Source of the DNA: Candidatus Hydrogenedentota bacterium
GTDB lineage: Bacteria > Hydrogenedentota > Hydrogenedentia > Hydrogenedentales > JAEUWI01
Length of the DNA: 64,000 nucleotides
Assembly (NCBI GenBank): GCA_034669905.1
Contig: JAXMOL010000009.1
Span: 32,001-96,000, forward strand
Reading direction: 5' to 3'
The translations under genes were made by a program, and so were the position numbers. How positions within the stretch are numbered: position 1 is the first letter of the stretch; each line of letters begins with the position of its first letter. Under the pieces are notes generated by a model, which made no database searches, was not told where the DNA came from, and was given only the letters and a program-made list of their open reading frames with translations. Positions 59,555 through 64,000 of this stretch are shown piece after piece.

Positions 59555-61045
59555 CTAATAGGCCCCTTTCCCACGAAGCACTGCCGGGATGGTCTGAACG
59601 AGTATCTTCAGGTCGAGCAACAGCGACCACGTGTCAATATAGGCCATGTCCAACGTCATCCACTGCTCAAAGGAGACGGACTGATCAGCGCGACCGGCAA
59701 TTTGCCAGAGACAGGTAATGCCCGGTCGAATGCCAAAGCGCCGCCGGGGCCAGTCCAGCACAATATTGTCTGCGTCCCGCAAGGGGAGGGGGCGGGGGCC
59801 CACCAGGCTCATCTCTCCGATGAGTACATTAAACAGTTGGGGGAGCTCATCGATGCTGGTGCGTCGAAGCCAACGCCCCAGGGGGGTCACACGGGGGTCG
59901 TGTTGGATTTTGAAGTGGCCCCCTTCGGCTTCGTTCAGATGTTCCAGCTCGGCCATGCGCGACTCGGCATCTTCGACCATAGTTCGAAACTTATAGAGCC
60001 GAAAGACGCGCTTGTTCAGGCCTACCCGCTCCTGCACGAAGATGGCCGGGCCGCTGGAAGTCAGCTTCACCAGGACGGCCACGAGTAGCAGCAGGGGAGA
60101 GAGGAGGAGAAGAAGAAAGCCGGAACACACGACATCGATGAGACGCTTCAGCACCATTTCCCGTTCGTCCAGAATGCTCGAGGAAATGAGCAGCACAAGG
60201 CTGGAGCTGAAGTACTTCTGCCGCACCCGGGGATTCTGAATGTTGAAAAGTTTCGTCGAAATACTCAGGGGAATTCCCTGCTCTTCGCAGGTTTCCACAA
60301 TGCGGGCAATGGCGCTGTAGTGCGATTTTACGGGGAGACAGATGATCACTTCGTCTACCACGTGGTCTCTCAGGTAGGCAGAGAGCGCGTCAAAGGAGGA
60401 CACGATTTTACCGGTCGTCTCGGATTCCGCGCCTTCAGAGGGCCATCGCTTATCGACGAAGCCGAGAAAGTGGTAGCCCATCTCGGGGCGACGCTGGTAA
60501 CGGTCCGCCAGCGATCGGGCCCGTCGGTTGGTGCCCACGATTAACAGCTGTTTGGCATGGACCGTGGCCAGGCCGGTTCGCAGTACCAGATAGTTCAGGA
60601 GGAGCCGACCCCCGACACAAATGGCAGTAGAAACGATGAAAAACGTGGTGATGAACAGGGAAGTGACAATCCCGTATTCGAAAATGGCCGCCAGGATGGT
60701 GAGCAGAAGCGTTCCCGCCATCGTGGCCCGAATCAGCGCGGTGAATTTACCTTCCTGAAAATAAGCTGCATTGTAGTCATACAGCAAATGCAGCGCGAAG
60801 ACCACGTGCCAGACGAGCGCAAAGCCCACCACAAATAGGTAGTTGTGCAGATGGGTGCGGACATTGATCGCTTCCTGCAGCGATTCATCGGGTTGGGTGG
60901 CCAGGCATACTACGGTGGCAAGATAAAGGCTGCCGATAAGCGCCGCCTGATCCATCAGCTGGAGACACGACAAGACCCAACGCCGTCCCAAAGGGGCGCG
61001 AAGCCTATCGGTTGTTGCAGGTGTGGGGGCTTCGGTAGGGGTCAT
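59555..61045 (-). CDS. Polyprenyl-phosphate sugar phosphotransferase (WcaJ/CpsE-like priming transferase)
   Basis: KRLIDV, KFRTM, DPRVT..GRWLRRTSIDELPQL.NVL.GEMSLVGPRP and PGIT motifs. Confidence 0.95.
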   Translation of the reverse strand: MTPTEAPTPATTDRLRAPLGRRWVLSCLQLMDQAALIGSLYLATVVCLATQPDESLQEAINVRTHLHNYLFVVGFALVWHVVFALHLLYDYNAAYFQEGKFTALIRATMAGTLLLTILAAIFEYGIVTSLFITTFFIVSTAICVGGRLLLNYLVLRTGLATVHAKQLLIVGTNRRARSLADRYQRRPEMGYHFLGFVDKRWPSEGAESETTGKIVSSFDALSAYLRDHVVDEVIICLPVKSHYSAIARIVETCEEQGIPLSISTKLFNIQNPRVRQKYFSSSLVLLISSSILDEREMVLKRLIDVVCSGFLLLLLSPLLLLVAVLVKLTSSGPAIFVQERVGLNKRVFRLYKFRTMVEDAESRMAELEHLNEAEGGHFKIQHDPRVTPLGRWLRRTSIDELPQLFNVLIGEMSLVGPRPLPLRDADNIVLDWPRRRFGIRPGITCLWQIAGRADQSVSFEQWMTLDMAYIDTWSLLLDLKILVQTIPAVLRGKGAY

Positions 61046-61067
61046 GGATTACCGGATGCGCCATGCC

Positions 61068-63341
61068 CTAAATAAATCGGTAGAGCCAGCGGGGGATATG
61101 AAACTGTCGTTTGTTGAATACCACGCCAAGCATGTTGGCCTCGGCACGTTGTAGCAGCATCTGGGTGTACAGGGCGACCGGCTTGCGGGTCGATTCGGCC
61201 TCGACAACCCACAAGACCCCATCTGCTATCTCGGAGAGCAGGAGCGTAGAGGCATTAGGGGAGACGAAGGGCGCATCGATAATGGTGTAGTCGTAGGTCG
61301 TCTTCCACGCATCGATCTTCTCGTTGATATCGACCTTGTCGAAGAAGCGGGCTTCGCTCAGGTAGGTCAGTTCATCACCCAGCTTGCCGGCGGGCACAAA
61401 GTCGAGCCCGGAAATCTCCGTACTGACCACGATGTCCTTCGCAACGCTCCGCTCATTCAGCAGGTCCACCATCCCCGGTGTCTGTGGGCACTGGAGGGCT
61501 TCGTGGAGCGAGGGACGACTGATCTGCGCGTCCACGAGCAAGACCCGGTTGGCACCCGAGGCCGCCAGGGTAAACGCCAGATTCGTCGCGATAGTCGAGG
61601 CCCCTTCACCGACGGCGCTGCTGGTTACCACCAGGCAACGCTTCGGATTATCGGTGGAGTGGGTCCCGATGATGGCGTCGCTGAGCCCCTTATACTGCTC
61701 GCGCACGGCGGGGGGGAGCGTCCAGCCTCCGGGCCCCTTGTGAAGCTGACACTGGCGGGCGGAAACCCGCTTGGCGAAGATTCCCCTGCCCCGGGGACGC
61801 GCGATGGCGGCGAGCACGGGCACGCCGAGTTCCCGTTCCACATCATCGGGCTTCTTGAAGGAGTCGTCCAGGTATTCCAGGATGAAGGCAAAGGTGATGC
61901 CGCCGAAAAGGGCAAGGAAAAAGCCCATGACCACGTTTAACAGTCGGCGGGGCCGCACGTTGTCCACCGTCATCGTGGGGCTCTGGACGATGCTGATGTT
62001 GGAAAGCTGCTGAATTTCCAACTCCCGATTGATGCGGGCCTGTTCCATTTTTTCCAGGTAGGTTCGGTAATTGGATTCCTGAATACCCATGTTTCGTTCC
62101 ATACGCTGGGCATCCAGGCCCGTTTGTATAAGTTGGTTCAGGGAATCCATCGACTGAAGCAGTTGCTCGTTCAACGCGGTGGCCTGGGCATCAATGCCAC
62201 GGAGGCTGGCCTGCTGTTTCAGCGTCGAGCTTAATATATCCTGGTACACCGTGTTTGTGCCGTCGATATCCTCGGTCAGCGTAGCCGCTTCGGCCTCCAG
62301 GAGGGCTTCGGCCTGCGCGATTTCTTCGCGAATAGACTGGACCGGTGGGCTGCTCTCCTCATACTTCGCCAGGAGGCGCTGCTCCTGAATGCGCAGGTCG
62401 AAAAGATCCTCACGCATGGCATTGGCCGTCAGGTTGGGGATACCGGATTTCTTCTGGACCGCCACCAATTGGGGGAGCTCCATGCTGTTGCGGCGAAGGG
62501 ATTCCAGCGCGGCAGAGGCGGCCGCCCGATTCCCCAATGTCTCGTCGATAGACTGCTTCAGGGTATCGATACGGGCCATGAGCAGCGTCTGCGCTTCATT
62601 GAAGGTGGTAACACCATATTGCAGTTTGAGTTGCTGCAGTCGGTCTTCCTCGGCTTCGAGGGCGGTCTTCAGGGCGGCGGCCTGCTCTTCAAAGAACTGA
62701 AGTGAGCCGGAGGCCTGGTACACCTCAATATGACGCTCTATGTAGGCATCGAGCAGAAACTGCAACGCGTCGTGGGCCAATTGGGGATGGTACGCATCCA
62801 AGGTCAGCGTGATGATGGCGCTCTGCTTGCCCACCTCAATCTGAAGGTCATCCATGAAGGCTTCGATAGCGTCTTCACGACGGGCTTCCGCCGCGCTTTG
62901 TGCGCCGGAAGGGCCATCACCAGGAGTTAACAAATCGTCAAACCAATCGATGGCTACCAGGAAGAAGTTCTTTTCACCGGATTTTAGCTTCGCGTCACGG
63001 GGCGAAAGAAAGGATTCGTGGCCAAATTCGTCCACGACCTTCGCCGCCAGTTCACGACTTTTCATCAGCTCGATACCCGACGCAATATCGGAATCGCGCG
63101 ACTGTCCTACCGAAAGGATTGGATTGATATCGTTGCTCAACGTGGGGTCGGCAAGACTCTCCTTACCCAGCCGGATTAGGACCTTGGCCTCCGACTGGTA
63201 GACCGAGGGCGCGATCACGGTGGCCAATATGACCGCCACAACGACGGTGACGAAGAAAAGTAGGATCCGTTTTTCCTGGCGAAAGAGGATAAAAAGGACA
63301 TCGCGCAGCGTCGCGCTGTTCTCGCTTGGCATCGGGCTCAC
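61068..63341 (-). CDS. Wzc/GumC-like polysaccharide co-polymerase with a BY-kinase-like domain (degenerate Walker A)
   Basis: TM-coiled coil-TM, then VVTSS..GEGAST, VLLVDA and IIDAP. Confidence 0.88.
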   Translation of the reverse strand: MSPMPSENSATLRDVLFILFRQEKRILLFFVTVVVAVILATVIAPSVYQSEAKVLIRLGKESLADPTLSNDINPILSVGQSRDSDIASGIELMKSRELAAKVVDEFGHESFLSPRDAKLKSGEKNFFLVAIDWFDDLLTPGDGPSGAQSAAEARREDAIEAFMDDLQIEVGKQSAIITLTLDAYHPQLAHDALQFLLDAYIERHIEVYQASGSLQFFEEQAAALKTALEAEEDRLQQLKLQYGVTTFNEAQTLLMARIDTLKQSIDETLGNRAAASAALESLRRNSMELPQLVAVQKKSGIPNLTANAMREDLFDLRIQEQRLLAKYEESSPPVQSIREEIAQAEALLEAEAATLTEDIDGTNTVYQDILSSTLKQQASLRGIDAQATALNEQLLQSMDSLNQLIQTGLDAQRMERNMGIQESNYRTYLEKMEQARINRELEIQQLSNISIVQSPTMTVDNVRPRRLLNVVMGFFLALFGGITFAFILEYLDDSFKKPDDVERELGVPVLAAIARPRGRGIFAKRVSARQCQLHKGPGGWTLPPAVREQYKGLSDAIIGTHSTDNPKRCLVVTSSAVGEGASTIATNLAFTLAASGANRVLLVDAQISRPSLHEALQCPQTPGMVDLLNERSVAKDIVVSTEISGLDFVPAGKLGDELTYLSEARFFDKVDINEKIDAWKTTYDYTIIDAPFVSPNASTLLLSEIADGVLWVVEAESTRKPVALYTQMLLQRAEANMLGVVFNKRQFHIPRWLYRFI

Positions 63342-63350
63342 AGTGGGTTC

Positions 63351-64000
63351 CTAGCGTTCGGTCGTATTGGTCTTGCCGTGAATATAAGAGTCGCTGTAGG
63401 TATAGGACATACTCATATCCGGCAGGAGGTCGTAGAAGTGCTGATCAAGCCAGGTGTTCAAATGGCGTATCTGGGAGGTGGGCACATAGACGATATCTTC
63501 CGGACGCAATTCCAACGGGCTGGTCTCTTCGCCACGCAGGGCGGCTGCCAAATCGATTACCGTACCCACACGCTTGCCGTCGCTATGGCGGATTACAACC
63601 ACGGAATCGGGGGCGGCGGTGGTGGTGTTAAAGCCCCCGGCATACATGATGGCCTGAAGGGCTGTAATGCGACCCTGCATATCAATGGGGCCCGGGGCGA
63701 CAACCTCTCCACTCACATACACCCGCTCGATGGGGCGGCTGCGGGCAATCACGGCAATGTCTGCATTCTTGAGAATGCCCGCGTAACGTTCCAACAGCGC
63801 AAGGCGAAGGCTCTCGGTCGATTCCCCTTCTGCCGTGACTTCACCTACCAACTGGAGGTCTACTGTGCCGTCCCGGCGGATGGTTTGGACCTCGTTCAGC
63901 TCCGGATGATAAAAGAACTTGAACTCCAGCACATCCCCAATGGCGAAGGTGGTGGGCGACGCGGTCGGCAGCCCATCCAGTTCGCTGCGGGTCAGCACCG
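63351..64000 (-). CDS. Polysaccharide export protein (Wza/OPX), 5' end outside the window
   Basis: IGDVLE, IRRDGTV.L.LVGEV.A.G, VYVSGEV..PG and LRPEDIVYVP motifs. Confidence 0.9.
   Translation of the reverse strand, partial: VLTRSELDGLPTASPTTFAIGDVLEFKFFYHPELNEVQTIRRDGTVDLQLVGEVTAEGESTESLRLALLERYAGILKNADIAVIARSRPIERVYVSGEVVAPGPIDMQGRITALQAIMYAGGFNTTTAAPDSVVVIRHSDGKRVGTVIDLAAALRGEETSPLELRPEDIVYVPTSQIRHLNTWLDQHFYDLLPDMSMSYTYSDSYIHGKTNTTER

Overview
Bacterial DNA of roughly 60% GC by eye. The lineage is uncertain; a GCP-lipobox PKD protein, sulfatase and giant Ig adhesins are reminiscent of Hydrogenedentota/PVC-like bacteria (inference only). From left to right: (1) the 5' part of a giant secreted Ig/cadherin/DUF11 repeat adhesin (>2,330 aa, minus strand, runs off the window, absent from the ORF track); (2) a divergent type VI secretion system operon tssA-B-C-hcp-E-F-G-vgrG-(TTR-like gene)-tssJ-K-L-M with no clpV; (3) T6SS-accessory genes: a LysM/TTR/PG-binding protein plus amidohydrolase, a DUF4280 PAAR-like gene, and a split DUF4123 chaperone cassette ahead of a 1,689-aa double-zincin putative effector; (4) a cytochrome c peroxidase/DAHL-PAS pair, an 11xPKD lipoprotein, a PEGA-PDZ protein and a COG0523 GTPase; (5) a Wzx/Wzy exopolysaccharide cluster. 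The strongest signal is an A10 tract at 26089-26098 near the end of tssM. One extra A, or a -1 shift, fuses TssM through a Pro-rich linker to four Ig-like domains (about 2,212 aa). This points to a slippage-controlled TssM-Ig fusion or to a homopolymer sequencing error. All domain calls come from motif recognition by eye; no database searches were run.
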